Source: Candidatus Kaelpia imicola (GTDB lineage: Bacteria; Omnitrophota; Gorgyraeia; Kaelpiales; Kaelpiaceae). Taken from it: a stretch of DNA of 64,000 nt. The notes below the pieces were generated by a model. The model worked only from the letters and a program-made list of their open reading frames with translations, was not told where the DNA came from and ran no database searches. Of the stretch, positions 36,764-47,284 are shown one piece after another (within the stretch, counting starts at the first letter, position 1; each line of letters starts with the position of its first letter). The position numbers and the translations under genes are program-made. The stretch spans positions 5,686 to 69,685 of the forward strand of contig JAVCCL010000043.1 of assembly GCA_030765505.1 (NCBI GenBank). Reading direction: 5' to 3'.

Positions 36764-37867
36764 ATGCCACAAGTTAGACTAAGTAAAGTCAGTAAGGTCT
36801 ATTCAGGGGATATTGAGGCTGTAAATGAATTTTCTCTCAACATTGAGAGCGGAGAGTTTACTGTCTTTCTTGGTCCTTCCGGTTGCGGCAAATCCACCAC
36901 TCTTAGAATGATTGCCGGCTTAGAAGAGATTACAGAGGGTGAGATCTCTATCGGCGATAAGATAGTCAATGATATTCCGGCTAAGGATAGAGATATAGCT
37001 ATGGTCTTTCAGAATTATGCTCTCTATCCTCATATGACAGTATATGAGAATATGTCTTTTGGTCTAAGGTTAAGAAGCTACCCTAAAGATGAGATAGATA
37101 GAAGGGTAAATGAGGCGGCTGATATCTTAAGCATAAAGCACTTGCTTAAGAGGAGGCCTAAGGAGCTCTCCGGCGGAGAGAAACAGAGGGTTGCTGTTGG
37201 AAGAGCTATCGTGAGAAAGCCTCTGGTATTCCTGTTTGATGAGCCTTTGAGCAATCTTGATGCTAAGCTGCGCGGCCAGATGAGAACAGAGCTAAACAAA
37301 CTGCATAAGAAGCTGCAGTCTACAATGATATATGTTACCCATGATCAGGTGGAGGCTATGACGCTGGGGGAGAAGGTTGTTGTAATGAAAGACGGTTATA
37401 TCCAGCAGATTGCAGATCCGCATACTCTGTACAATAAGCCGGACAATAAGTTTGTTGCGGGCTTTATAGGTACCCCGCCGATGAACTTTATTGAGGGTAG
37501 AATAGTTGAATTTGATAGCCGGCTCTATTTTGATTCTGGTAACCTCCGGGTTAGAATAGTAGATGATATGTCATCCTATATTAAGGACTACTTGGATAGA
37601 GAGTTAATATTCGGTATCCGTCCGGAAGATATATATGATAAGCTTTTTGTATCTGAAGCACCGCCTGAAAATGTAGTACATGTCAATGTGGAGGTTGTTG
37701 AGCCTATGGGTTCTGAAGTCTACCTCTACCTCAATGCAGGAGGCGTCTCTTTTATTGCTAAGGTTGGAGGCCAGGAGCAGGCTCAGGCTGGACAAGATCT
37801 TGAAGTAGTCTTTGATATGGGCAAGATACATTTTTTTGACAGAGATACCGAGAAAACTATCGTTTAA
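36764..37867 (+). CDS. MalK/UgpC-type sugar ABC transporter ATPase
   Basis: GPSGCGKST, MVFQNYALYPHM, LSGGEKQRVA, DEPLSNLDA, YVTHDQ, GIRPE and TOBE tail. ATG 36764 is preferred to TTG 36758. Confidence 0.93.
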   Translation: MPQVRLSKVSKVYSGDIEAVNEFSLNIESGEFTVFLGPSGCGKSTTLRMIAGLEEITEGEISIGDKIVNDIPAKDRDIAMVFQNYALYPHMTVYENMSFGLRLRSYPKDEIDRRVNEAADILSIKHLLKRRPKELSGGEKQRVAVGRAIVRKPLVFLFDEPLSNLDAKLRGQMRTELNKLHKKLQSTMIYVTHDQVEAMTLGEKVVVMKDGYIQQIADPHTLYNKPDNKFVAGFIGTPPMNFIEGRIVEFDSRLYFDSGNLRVRIVDDMSSYIKDYLDRELIFGIRPEDIYDKLFVSEAPPENVVHVNVEVVEPMGSEVYLYLNAGGVSFIAKVGGQEQAQAGQDLEVVFDMGKIHFFDRDTEKTIV

Positions 37868-37875
37868 TTTTTTAA

Positions 37876-39291
37876 ATGAATAACGGTATCGGTATAAAAA
37901 AGAATTTACTCCTTCTATCCATCTTTATCTCTCAGGTAGTTAGCTTTTCGTTCTTTCTCATATCTTTTCAGAATTTTAAGTTTCATTTTCCATTTCTTCT
38001 GCTTATTGTCTTTTCGGCTTCATTTCTTATCTTCTTCAAGATAGAGATAGGGCTTATCTTTTATCTTCTGGAGATGCTGCTTCTTACGGTATTCTTCTTT
38101 GCGGTCAAGTACCCTTCACCCTATATCCAGTATTTTTTGCTCTTCTTTTTAATCTTTGTTTTTAGGTTCAGCTATTTGAAAATAAAAGTCCAGAAGAAGC
38201 TAAATTCCATAAATCTTAGCCTGGAAGGGGTCGAGGAAGAGGTAAATGTAAACAACGCTCAATATTTGGAGCTTGTAAAGATAAATGAAGCGTTGGAGAG
38301 GAAGATATTTAGATTTACTCATTTGAGAACATTCTCCGAAGATATAATTGCAAATTTAGACCTTAAAGAATTATTGAACGTTATCTCTACTAAGGCTTTA
38401 GAGATAATCTCCAGGGGCGAGGTATCTATGATATACCTTTTTGACAGCAATAAGGATGTCTTCAATCTTGCAAGCTCCTGCATTCTCTCTTCTAGAGTTA
38501 AGATAAAAGCAAAGACTGGAGATCCTTGCGAGCATTGGATATTCAGACAGCGTACTCCGCTGCTTATAAACGATATTTTAAGAGATTTTAGATTTGATTC
38601 TGAAGAGGTGTTTTCCTACGGTAGAGAGTTTAGGTCTCTTCTGGCCTCTCCTATTATATCCAGAGATAAACTTCTGGGTATTTTAAGGATAGACTCCAAT
38701 GTCGCTGATGAATTTACGGTAGACGACCTGCGTCTCTTAGATATTATCTCTGCGTTATCAGCTATAGCCATAGATAATGCCCGCCTTTTTCAGAAGATGG
38801 AAGAGCTTGCGATCCAGGATAGTTTGACCAGTTTTTACCTTAGAAGGGAGTTTTTAAGATTACTTAGCAACAGATTAAAAAGAGGGTCACCGGTATATTT
38901 CGCCTTGCTGATGATAGATATTGATGATTTTAAAAATTGTAATGACAGCTATGGACATATAACCGGAGACCTTATCCTTAAAAACATCTCCCGGATTATT
39001 AAGTCTAGGTTGAAAAAAGATGAGTTTGCCTGCCGTTACGGAGGAGAAGAGTTTCTGATACTTTTAAATTCCGATGAGAAGGATAGCCTGATTCAAAGGG
39101 CAGAGAGCATACGGGAGAGTATTGAGAAGAGCAAGATAAAGATAAGGCGGCAGACTATAAATATAACAGTTACGATAGGGCTGGCTATATATCCTGAAGA
39201 GAAGAGAGAAGCTCAGTCTTTAATAGAGCTCTCCGATGCCAGGCTGTATGAAGGTAAGAGAAGCGGTAAGAACATAGTAATCTATGAGTGA
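37876..39291 (+). CDS. Membrane GAF-GGDEF diguanylate cyclase
   Basis: N-terminal TMs, coiled coil, GAF ending IDNARLF, DIDDFK..NDSYGH and RYGGEEF. No RxxD. Confidence 0.9.
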   Translation: MNNGIGIKKNLLLLSIFISQVVSFSFFLISFQNFKFHFPFLLLIVFSASFLIFFKIEIGLIFYLLEMLLLTVFFFAVKYPSPYIQYFLLFFLIFVFRFSYLKIKVQKKLNSINLSLEGVEEEVNVNNAQYLELVKINEALERKIFRFTHLRTFSEDIIANLDLKELLNVISTKALEIISRGEVSMIYLFDSNKDVFNLASSCILSSRVKIKAKTGDPCEHWIFRQRTPLLINDILRDFRFDSEEVFSYGREFRSLLASPIISRDKLLGILRIDSNVADEFTVDDLRLLDIISALSAIAIDNARLFQKMEELAIQDSLTSFYLRREFLRLLSNRLKRGSPVYFALLMIDIDDFKNCNDSYGHITGDLILKNISRIIKSRLKKDEFACRYGGEEFLILLNSDEKDSLIQRAESIRESIEKSKIKIRRQTINITVTIGLAIYPEEKREAQSLIELSDARLYEGKRSGKNIVIYE

Positions 39292-40576
39292 GTCTCTTTT
39301 TCTACTAATTTTGGTTATTATCTTTGTAATCAAGAGAGATGTCAGATTTAAGATCATCTTTGCGGTTATCTCTTTCTTCTTAGTCTTATATCTTAAGAAG
39401 CTGGATATCATGACTTACCTGCCCTGGTTAGTTCTCTACCTCATGCTCTCTTTAATCGATTTTATTAACAGGGGTATAATTAAAGAAGAGTTTCAGAGCC
39501 TAAGCTCTGAACATAAAAATATGGAGCTGCAATTTACCAAGAGCGAAGATAAGTTGTCAGAGATGGATGGGGTTAACAAGCAGCTTCAGTCGGATGTTAC
39601 AAAGATAACAGGTTTTTTTGAAATAAGCAAAGAACTTACAAAGGTTATGTACCTTCAACAGCTGCCGCCTGTTATTACAAGTATCGTTAAGGGAAGTTTC
39701 GATATTAATTTTCTTGCCCTCTTAATATTTGAGGGGGAGAAGAGTTATAGTATCTTCATATATCCTAAGCGCAACAGTTGTGAGTTAAAAGAGAATATAA
39801 ATTATAAGGATATACTGGATTCTGAGAAGATATTGACTGAAGAAGAGCCTGGGTTCTATGATGGCGAGGATCTGAATCCCCTATTTACAAAATTGGGACA
39901 GAGCAATTTGGGTAATAAGATGTATCTTATCCCTATTATTTTAGAGGGTAAGATTAAAGGTATTCTGGTATTTGAAGATTTAGCAGAAGATAAGATTGAC
40001 CTTGCTCATACGCTCTCTGGTTTCCTCTCTCTTACTTTAAGAAAGCTCAAACTCTACAATAAAGTTCAGGAACTTGCTATTACAGATGAATTGACTCAAG
40101 TCTTTGTAAGAAAACATTTTCAGGATGTTTGCAGAGAAGAGCTGGATAGAATTAAAGAGAAAAAGGGAGATGCCTGTTTTCTGATGCTTGATCTGGATAG
40201 ATTTAAAAATTGTAATGATACCTTTGGTCATCTTGTCGGAGACGTAGTATTAAAAGAGACTGCAAAGATAGTTCAGCAGAATGTGCGTGAGATAGATATT
40301 GTAGGGAGGTATGGAGGTGAAGAGTTCTGCATCTTTTTGCCGGATACAAGTCTGGATAATGGTATGGAGGTATCGGAGCGTATAAGAAAAGCAGTTGAAA
40401 GATATACATTTCATGCTTATGATGAGGTTCTCAATATTACAGTATCGATAGGTCTCTCTTCTCTGGCCGAAGATGCTAAGAGTTATATAGGGTTGGTAGA
40501 GAAAGCCGATATGGCGCTCTACTATGCTAAGAGAAAGGGGAGGAACAAGGCGATAGCTTATAGTTTAATCAAATAG
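39284..40576 (+). CDS. Membrane GGDEF diguanylate cyclase
   Basis: N-terminal TMs, coiled coil, degenerate GAF, DELT, DLDRFK..NDTFGH, I-site REID and RYGGEEF. Confidence 0.9.
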   Translation: MSESLFLLILVIIFVIKRDVRFKIIFAVISFFLVLYLKKLDIMTYLPWLVLYLMLSLIDFINRGIIKEEFQSLSSEHKNMELQFTKSEDKLSEMDGVNKQLQSDVTKITGFFEISKELTKVMYLQQLPPVITSIVKGSFDINFLALLIFEGEKSYSIFIYPKRNSCELKENINYKDILDSEKILTEEEPGFYDGEDLNPLFTKLGQSNLGNKMYLIPIILEGKIKGILVFEDLAEDKIDLAHTLSGFLSLTLRKLKLYNKVQELAITDELTQVFVRKHFQDVCREELDRIKEKKGDACFLMLDLDRFKNCNDTFGHLVGDVVLKETAKIVQQNVREIDIVGRYGGEEFCIFLPDTSLDNGMEVSERIRKAVERYTFHAYDEVLNITVSIGLSSLAEDAKSYIGLVEKADMALYYAKRKGRNKAIAYSLIK

Positions 40577-40596
40577 ATCGAGTTATTTTAAAAATT

Positions 40597-41550
40597 ATGA
40601 AGAGTTCTTATATGGGAGTGGATATTGGCGGTACAAATTTAAAAATAGGGTTGTTTGACCCTGAATTGAAGTTTATAGATTTTAAGACTTACACTTTAAA
40701 TAAAGAGATAACTCCTCAAGATGTAATTTTAGTAATCAAAGATAGCTTTGAAATTTTGTCAAAGAAGTATCACATCAAATCTATAACCTGTGGATTACCT
40801 GGACTTATAAACTACGAAGAGGGTTATATCTACTCTCTTACTAACTTTCTCAACTGGGATGATGTTGATTTTAAAAAGCTCTTAAGAGCCGCTGTCAATA
40901 TTCCTGTTTTCATTGATAATGATGTTAATCTGGCTGCTCTTGCGGAGTATCAGCTTGGTTCTGGCAAAGGCTGCAGCAGCATGCTGATGGTTGCTTTAGG
41001 TACAGGTGTCGGCGGAGGTTTAATATTGAATAGAGAGGTATATCGAGGGTGCAACAATGCTGCCGCTGAGATTGGCCATATTCAGCTGAATCCCAATGGC
41101 CCCAAGTGCAGTTGCGGCAACAGAGGTTGTTTAGAGAGTTATATCGGCAATAGAAAGCTGCTTGGTTATCTTAAGAGGCGGCTTAAGGATAGCGAGAGTC
41201 TTTTAAACAAGATAGATTTTGCTGAGTTAAAACTTGAAGATGCTGCTCATGCTGCTCTTTCAGGGGATAGATTCTCAGTAGAATTTTGGGACTATGCGGC
41301 CTCTAAATTGGCCCAGGCTTTAGTTGGGGTTGTCAATGTTTTGAATCTGGAGAAGATTGTAATCGGAGGTGGAATCTCCAATGCAGGAGAGAGCCTCTTT
41401 AAACCTTTGAGATGTTATCTTAAAGAGCAAGCTATGGACATTCAGGCAAAGAGTGTTAGTATAGTTAGAGCCCGTTTTAAAGATAGGTCCGGGGTTATAG
41501 GGGCAGGGCTCTTAGGAAGATGTAATTTAAAAGAGAGGAGATCGAAATGA
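40597..41550 (+). CDS. ROK family sugar kinase (glucokinase-like)
   Basis: [25 protein letters not shown] and EIGH...[10 protein letters not shown]. Confidence 0.92.
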   Translation: MKSSYMGVDIGGTNLKIGLFDPELKFIDFKTYTLNKEITPQDVILVIKDSFEILSKKYHIKSITCGLPGLINYEEGYIYSLTNFLNWDDVDFKKLLRAAVNIPVFIDNDVNLAALAEYQLGSGKGCSSMLMVALGTGVGGGLILNREVYRGCNNAAAEIGHIQLNPNGPKCSCGNRGCLESYIGNRKLLGYLKRRLKDSESLLNKIDFAELKLEDAAHAALSGDRFSVEFWDYAASKLAQALVGVVNVLNLEKIVIGGGISNAGESLFKPLRCYLKEQAMDIQAKSVSIVRARFKDRSGVIGAGLLGRCNLKERRSK

Positions 41551-42200
41551 AGTTTTTTCTGGATACCGCGAATGTAGATGAGATCAGAGAGGCTAATAGC
41601 TGGGGGGTGTTGGATGGGGTGACTACCAATCCTACGTTGGTTTCAAAAGAGGAGAGTTCTTTTAATGAGATTGCAAAAGAGATTGTAGGGATTGTATCCG
41701 GGCCTGTCTCTCTTGAGGTTATAGCCGAGGACTCCGGAGGTATGGTCGAGGAGGCTAGAGAGCTTAATCAGTATGGTAAAAATGTTGTTGTAAAAGTTCC
41801 CCTTACAAAAGAGGGTTTGAAAACTGTAAAGATATTGAATACTGAAGGTATCAGGACTAACGTTACGCTCTGTTTCTCTCCTGCTCAAGCATTGCTTGCT
41901 GCTAAAGCCGGGGCCAGCTATATCAGTCCTTTTATAGGCAGGCTTGATGATATAAGTTTCCATGGTATCCATCTGGTTGAAGCCATAAAAGATATATATG
42001 ACAATTACGGTTTCAATACCGAGATTATCGTAGCGAGTGTGAGACATCCGCTGCATGTTGTAGAGGCTGCTTTAATAGGTGCTGACATTGCAGCCTTACC
42101 TTTTGGCGTTTTAAGTAAACTCTTCAATCATCCTCTTACCGATATCGGTATAGAGCGGTTCTTGAAGGATTGGGAGAAGGTTAAGAAGGTTAAAGTCTAA
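41547..42200 (+). CDS. tal: Transaldolase / fructose-6-phosphate aldolase family
   Basis: [36 protein letters not shown] and HPLTD.G. Confidence 0.9.
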   Translation: MKFFLDTANVDEIREANSWGVLDGVTTNPTLVSKEESSFNEIAKEIVGIVSGPVSLEVIAEDSGGMVEEARELNQYGKNVVVKVPLTKEGLKTVKILNTEGIRTNVTLCFSPAQALLAAKAGASYISPFIGRLDDISFHGIHLVEAIKDIYDNYGFNTEIIVASVRHPLHVVEAALIGADIAALPFGVLSKLFNHPLTDIGIERFLKDWEKVKKVKV

Positions 42201-42223
42201 GTTTTTAAATTATAGAGATATTT

Positions 42224-44314
42224 ATGTTTTTAAAATCAGAAAGAGTAATTTCAAAACATATTAACGTTATAGCCATCCCCCTTTTGTCTCTATTATTCTT
42301 AGCAAGAATTGGCTTGGCTGATGAGGTTGAGCTGAAGAGTCCGATAACGGTTAATGGCGATAGGGTTGAGTATGACCCCGAGAGACAGGTTATGGTAGGA
42401 GAGGGTAATGTAGAGGTAATATCCAAAGGGATGAAGCTCTATGCAGATAAGATAACTGTCTGGCTTGATGAAGAGAGAGCTCTGGCTCAAGGGGATGTAA
42501 AATTTGTAAAAGGTAATGCGGTTTTTTACGCCGAGGAGATAAGCTATTCTTTCAAAGATAACGAAGGTAAGATTATAGAGCCGACTTTTAAAGATTACGG
42601 GCCTTGGTACGGCAAGGGTCTAGAAGCTCTGGAGTATGAGGAGTCTAAATATCTTATCAAACGCGCCTATATGACAACCTGTGATTTAGAGAACCCCCAT
42701 TACAGGTTAGAAGCAAAGACGATTAAAATATTTCCTGAAGATAGGATTATTGCAAAACATGTTGTATTCTATATCCGTAATGCCCCTATATTTTATCTGC
42801 CCTATTTCAAGCAGTCTTTAAAAGACAGAAAGGCTCCTTTTATGATTATACCGGGAAAGAGTGATAAATGGGGCTGGTATATCTTAAGCTCATATAGGTA
42901 CTCTCTTAATGAGAAGAACGAAGGCCGTATAAGACTGGATTACCGGGAGAAAAAAGGTATTGCCCACGGCCTGGAGCATCAGTATAAGAGCGCTGTTGGA
43001 GAGGGTGTTGTTAAATATTACTATATGAACGAAAAAGAGTCTGCTTATCAAGACAATGACAGGTTTAGAGTGAGCCTTAGGCATAGCTGGAACCCGGATG
43101 ATAAGACCTCAATATATGCAGAGTATAATAAGATCAGCGATATAGACTTTCTGAAAGACTATTTTGAAAGAGAGTATGACGAGGATTCAGATCCAGAGAC
43201 CTATCTCTATATGACAAGAAGATATTCTAATGCTATCCTCAGTCTAAACATAAAAAAACGGGCAAATCATTTTTTTACCGAAGTTGAGAGACTTCCTGAA
43301 CTGGGGATTGATATCAACGATCTCAGAATCAAGAAGACAAACTATTACTATAGCTCCAATACCTATTTCTCTAATCTGACAAAAAAATATGCTGACTCAG
43401 ATACTGATTATGACGTCTGGAGATTTGATACCTATAATGAGTTGAGTCATGTGAAGAAATATTTCGGTTTTCTTAACTTCAGTCCTTATCTGGGTGTGAG
43501 AGAGACATTCTATTCTAAAAAGATTAGCGGTAAAGAACATATTTTAAGAGGAAATCTCTATACCGGATTCGATAGTTCGACAAGGTTCTATAAAGTTTTC
43601 AACCCTGCTTCCGGTAATTTTCTTTTTACTCAAGCCAATGCCGTAAGACATATTATTACACCGATATTTAATTACGAGTATATAGCTGAGCCTACAATAT
43701 CCAAGGTAGACCTGATGCAGTTTGATGAGTTGGATGAGATAGAGAGAAAGAGCAGAATAACCTTAACTCTAGAGAATCTTTGGCAGATAAAATCAGAAGT
43801 TAATGGAGATGTTAAAAAGAGAGATCTCCTCCAGGCCGATATCTCAGCCTATTATGATTGCTCTATTGATGGAGGAAGCAGGTGGGGTGAAGCTGAATTA
43901 GAGTTGGATTACAGGCCCAGAGATTGGTTCCGTTTCGAGAATGATTATAGTTACGATATCAAGCCAGGCAGGTTAAATACTGCCAGTTTTGATATGGTTA
44001 TAGATAAAGATAGGTGGCAGTTATCTTTAGGAGAGAGATATGAAAGAGATAGTTCAGCTCAGCTTACAACGGAGTTTAGTTATAGAATAAACGAAAAGTG
44101 GAGGTTTAAGGTATATCAGAGGTATGAATTCCAGAACTCCTCTTTTGAGCGTCAGGAATTTGCGATATACAGGGATCTTCATTGCTGGGACGGAAAGCTT
44201 TCTTTTATAAATAACAGACTGGATAACGACAAGACAATATTTGTGATATTTACCTGCAAGGCTTTTCCTGAACATCCTTTTAGCTTTTCGCAGTCTTATA
44301 GCGCTGGAGACTAA
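42224..44314 (+). CDS. lptD: LPS-assembly protein LptD
   Basis: OstA-like N-domain, TTCD..PHY, P.FYLPY, ERLPE, beta-barrel and RDLHCW. Confidence 0.85.
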   Translation: MFLKSERVISKHINVIAIPLLSLLFLARIGLADEVELKSPITVNGDRVEYDPERQVMVGEGNVEVISKGMKLYADKITVWLDEERALAQGDVKFVKGNAVFYAEEISYSFKDNEGKIIEPTFKDYGPWYGKGLEALEYEESKYLIKRAYMTTCDLENPHYRLEAKTIKIFPEDRIIAKHVVFYIRNAPIFYLPYFKQSLKDRKAPFMIIPGKSDKWGWYILSSYRYSLNEKNEGRIRLDYREKKGIAHGLEHQYKSAVGEGVVKYYYMNEKESAYQDNDRFRVSLRHSWNPDDKTSIYAEYNKISDIDFLKDYFEREYDEDSDPETYLYMTRRYSNAILSLNIKKRANHFFTEVERLPELGIDINDLRIKKTNYYYSSNTYFSNLTKKYADSDTDYDVWRFDTYNELSHVKKYFGFLNFSPYLGVRETFYSKKISGKEHILRGNLYTGFDSSTRFYKVFNPASGNFLFTQANAVRHIITPIFNYEYIAEPTISKVDLMQFDELDEIERKSRITLTLENLWQIKSEVNGDVKKRDLLQADISAYYDCSIDGGSRWGEAELELDYRPRDWFRFENDYSYDIKPGRLNTASFDMVIDKDRWQLSLGERYERDSSAQLTTEFSYRINEKWRFKVYQRYEFQNSSFERQEFAIYRDLHCWDGKLSFINNRLDNDKTIFVIFTCKAFPEHPFSFSQSYSAGD

Positions 44315-44364
44315 TTCAGCACTTATTTTTATAGAGGTTAAAATTCATAAAATCAGGCATTGCT

Positions 44365-44559
44365 ATGGAATGTAAAAAAGACAAAAATATGAAATTCTGT
44401 AATTGCAGTTATTCCGGCTGCAGTAAGAGAGGTATCTGCTGTGAGTGTATAAAGTATCATAAGGATAGAGGGGAGCTTCCAGCCTGTTATTTCAGCAGCA
44501 GGGAAGAGAAAACATATGATAGGTCTATTGAGAACTTTATCCGTAGTTACAGATCTTAG
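44365..44559 (+). CDS. Small Cys-rich protein (DUF6485-like)
   Basis: [19 protein letters not shown]...ELPACYF....EKTYDRS. Confidence 0.75.
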   Translation: MECKKDKNMKFCNCSYSGCSKRGICCECIKYHKDRGELPACYFSSREEKTYDRSIENFIRSYRS

Positions 44560-44582
44560 ATATATTATTTAAGGATTTTAAT

Positions 44583-44990
44583 ATGAGAGAGCTTATAGAG
44601 ATGGATTTGGTTAGGATCAGGATAGATGAGCGCCGCGGAGAGCAGGTGATAGTCTTGAAAGAGAAAGATGGCGAGAGACTGCTTCCAATTGTAATAGGTA
44701 TAATAGAGGCTAGTGCCATAAAGATGAAGGTGAGCGGATTTAACCCGCCTCGCCCGCTTACCCACGATCTTTTAAACGATATCATAAAACGGCTTAAAGG
44801 AAGACTGGATAAGATAGTAATAGAGAGGCTCGAGAACAACATATTCTATGCCAGGATTATCATAGAGCGTGAGGATGGTGAAAAAATAGAGATAGATGCC
44901 AGGCCTTCCGACTCAATAGCTTTGGCTCTTAGGGCTGAGGTCCCGATATTCGCTGGAGATGCTCTTCTAAAACAGGTAGAGAGAAAGTAG
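44583..44990 (+). CDS. Bifunctional nuclease (DUF151) family protein
   Basis: LPIVIG..EA, PRPLTHDL and DARPSDSIALALR. Confidence 0.92.
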   Translation: MRELIEMDLVRIRIDERRGEQVIVLKEKDGERLLPIVIGIIEASAIKMKVSGFNPPRPLTHDLLNDIIKRLKGRLDKIVIERLENNIFYARIIIEREDGEKIEIDARPSDSIALALRAEVPIFAGDALLKQVERK

Positions 44991-44991
44991 T

Positions 44992-45726
44992 ATGGCAGAA
45001 TTTAAACTAAAAGTTAAATTACTATCTCAGACACCGGAGGCGCTTAAAGTTATCTATTCAGCTGCCCGTCAATGCTATAGCAGCAACACTGCGGGGGATA
45101 TCTTTAATGGGGTTGAGGATGATGATGAGATTAAAGGTTTTATTGAAAACATCTTAGCCTCAGGTCATGAGAGTCCTTTGGAGCATGCAAGCTTTACTTT
45201 TACGATAGATGGTATCTCCCGGGTATGTTCTCACCAGCTTGTAAGGCATAGAATTGCCTCTTTCTCTCAGCAGAGTCAGCGTTATGTAAGAGAGCAGGAT
45301 TTTGATTATATAGTACCTGACTCTATAAAGAGTGATCCTGAGATTAAAAAGATATTTGAAGATCTGTTATCCGGTATTCAGAGTTCTTATAATAAGATGT
45401 TGGATTTTTTAAAGGAGAAGGGTATCCCGGGTGAGAAGGCTAATCAGGATGTAAGGTTTGTTCTTCCCGGAGCTTGCGAGAAAAAGATAGCGATGACGAT
45501 GAACTTAAGAGAGTTGATGCATTTCTTTAAGCTCAGACTCTGCAGCCGGGCTCAATGGGAGATCAGGGCTCTTGCTCAAGAGATGCTTAAGATATGTAAG
45601 AGTAGTCTGCCTATACTATTTGAGAATGTTGATGCTAAATGTGTCTCATTGGGATATTGCCCTGAGAGTGAAAAGTTTCCCTGCGGCCGCTATTTAACGA
45701 AGGATAATCTCTTAAACGATTCTTAA
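44992..45726 (+). CDS. thyX: FAD-dependent thymidylate synthase
   Basis: GHESPLEH, ThyX motif RHRIASFSQQSQRY and AQWEIR. Confidence 0.95.
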   Translation: MAEFKLKVKLLSQTPEALKVIYSAARQCYSSNTAGDIFNGVEDDDEIKGFIENILASGHESPLEHASFTFTIDGISRVCSHQLVRHRIASFSQQSQRYVREQDFDYIVPDSIKSDPEIKKIFEDLLSGIQSSYNKMLDFLKEKGIPGEKANQDVRFVLPGACEKKIAMTMNLRELMHFFKLRLCSRAQWEIRALAQEMLKICKSSLPILFENVDAKCVSLGYCPESEKFPCGRYLTKDNLLNDS

Positions 45727-45749
45727 TCAAAAAAGGGGAGGGTCAAGAG

Positions 45750-46223
45750 ATGGCAAAAGCTTTAGTTCTCTATTATTCTAAGACAGGCAATACAGAGAAG
45801 ATGGCCAAATTAATTACAGCGGAGTTATCCATGAGCATAGATTGTGATTTAAAATCTGCTCTGGATATAGGAGTGGATGAGTTTTTAAAGTACGATGCTA
45901 TCATTGTGGGCTCTCCGACCTACTATGGTTCTATGGCAGCGGAACTAAAGCAGCTTTTTGACCAGAGTGTAAAGTTTCACGGTCAGCTGGACGGTAAGAT
46001 AGGAGCCGCATTCTCTTCAGCCGCAAATATAGCAGGGGGCAATGAGACCACGGTTTTGGATATTATAAATGCGATGCTTATTCACGGTATGATAGTTCAG
46101 GGCAATCCTAAAGGTGACCATTACGGTGCGGTGAGCATTGGTTCTCCGGATAAGAGAGTTGAGGATAATTGCATAAGGTTTGCCTCTAGGATAGTTAAGC
46201 TGATAAATAGAGTAAGCCGGTAG
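45750..46223 (+). CDS. Flavodoxin / WrbA-like protein
   Basis: YYSKTGNTEKMA, GSPTYYG, GKIGAAF and GGNET. Confidence 0.88.
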   Translation: MAKALVLYYSKTGNTEKMAKLITAELSMSIDCDLKSALDIGVDEFLKYDAIIVGSPTYYGSMAAELKQLFDQSVKFHGQLDGKIGAAFSSAANIAGGNETTVLDIINAMLIHGMIVQGNPKGDHYGAVSIGSPDKRVEDNCIRFASRIVKLINRVSR

Positions 46224-47210
46224 ATGAGAGAGAGAATAATTATAACAGGCGGCTGCGGTTTTATCGGTAGCGGAATAGTTTGGGCCTTAAACAGAAAAGG
46301 GTTAGAAAATATTATTGTCGTAGATGAGTTAGGAGAGAATGAGAAGCAGAAGAATATAGCCAATTTAAAATTCAATGAATTGATTGATAAGAACGATTTT
46401 CTATCTGGAATCTTGGATGGTAGTTTTAATTCCAGCAGTATAGATACTATATTCCATCTCGGCGCCTGCAGCTCTACAATAGAGAGAGACTTGGGTTATT
46501 TAATTGAGAACAATTATAACTATAGTAGGCATTTGGCAAGGTTTGCTCTTAAGAACGATATTAGGTTTATATATGCATCATCCGCAGCTACCTACGGTAG
46601 CGGCTCTTTAGGTTTTAGTGATAGCGGAGAAGAGCTGTTTAATCTTAAGCCGTTAAACTACTATGGATATTCTAAACAGTGGTTTGATATCTGGGCAAGA
46701 CATAACAAGGTTTTAGGGAAGATGGCAGGGCTTAAATATTTTAATGTCTATGGCCCCAACGAATATCATAAGGGCCAGATGAGAAGTTTTATCGTCAAGG
46801 CCTATGAACAGATTAAAGAGAGAGGAGAGGTGAGGTTATTTAAATCCTATAGGGACGGAATTATAGACGGTGAGCAGATGAGAGATTTTATTTATCTGAA
46901 AGATGCGGTCAAGATGAGTCTTCTCTTCTTTGAAAATAGAGATTTGGGTGGAATTTATAATATCGGTACAGGAGAGGCGCACTCTTTCAATCAGCTTGCT
47001 GAAGCGGTCTTTGGGGCTTTAGGCTTGGAGCCTGACATAGAGTATATCGATATGCCTCAGGAGCTAAAAGAGCAGTACCAGTACTTTACTCAGGCTGATA
47101 TTTCAAAGATTAACAATGCCGGCTATAACTGGAAATGCTATGACTTTAATCTAGCCGTATCGGATTATGTTAAAAATTATCTAGAACCAAAAGCCTATCT
47201 CAGTATTTAA
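46224..47210 (+). CDS. hldD: ADP-L-glycero-D-manno-heptose 6-epimerase
   Basis: TGGCGFIGS, HLGACSST, YASSAATYG, PLNYYGYSK, YFNVYGPNEYHKG and YQYFTQAD. Confidence 0.95.
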   Translation: MRERIIITGGCGFIGSGIVWALNRKGLENIIVVDELGENEKQKNIANLKFNELIDKNDFLSGILDGSFNSSSIDTIFHLGACSSTIERDLGYLIENNYNYSRHLARFALKNDIRFIYASSAATYGSGSLGFSDSGEELFNLKPLNYYGYSKQWFDIWARHNKVLGKMAGLKYFNVYGPNEYHKGQMRSFIVKAYEQIKERGEVRLFKSYRDGIIDGEQMRDFIYLKDAVKMSLLFFENRDLGGIYNIGTGEAHSFNQLAEAVFGALGLEPDIEYIDMPQELKEQYQYFTQADISKINNAGYNWKCYDFNLAVSDYVKNYLEPKAYLSI

Positions 47211-47218
47211 CTTTTCTC

Positions 47219-47278
47219 TTGACAAAGCCGTTAGGATATATCAAAATATATCAAGTAGTATTAAAGTATATTAAGTAG
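47219..47278 (+). promoter_or_regulatory. Promoter with four phased 10-bp direct repeats
   Basis: TTGACA 47219-47224, 17 bp spacer, CAAAAT. Repeats TATCAAAATA/TATCAAGTAG/TATTAAAGTA/TATTAAGTAG start at 47239, 47249, 47259 and 47269. Confidence 0.7.
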
Positions 47279-47284
47279 GGACAA

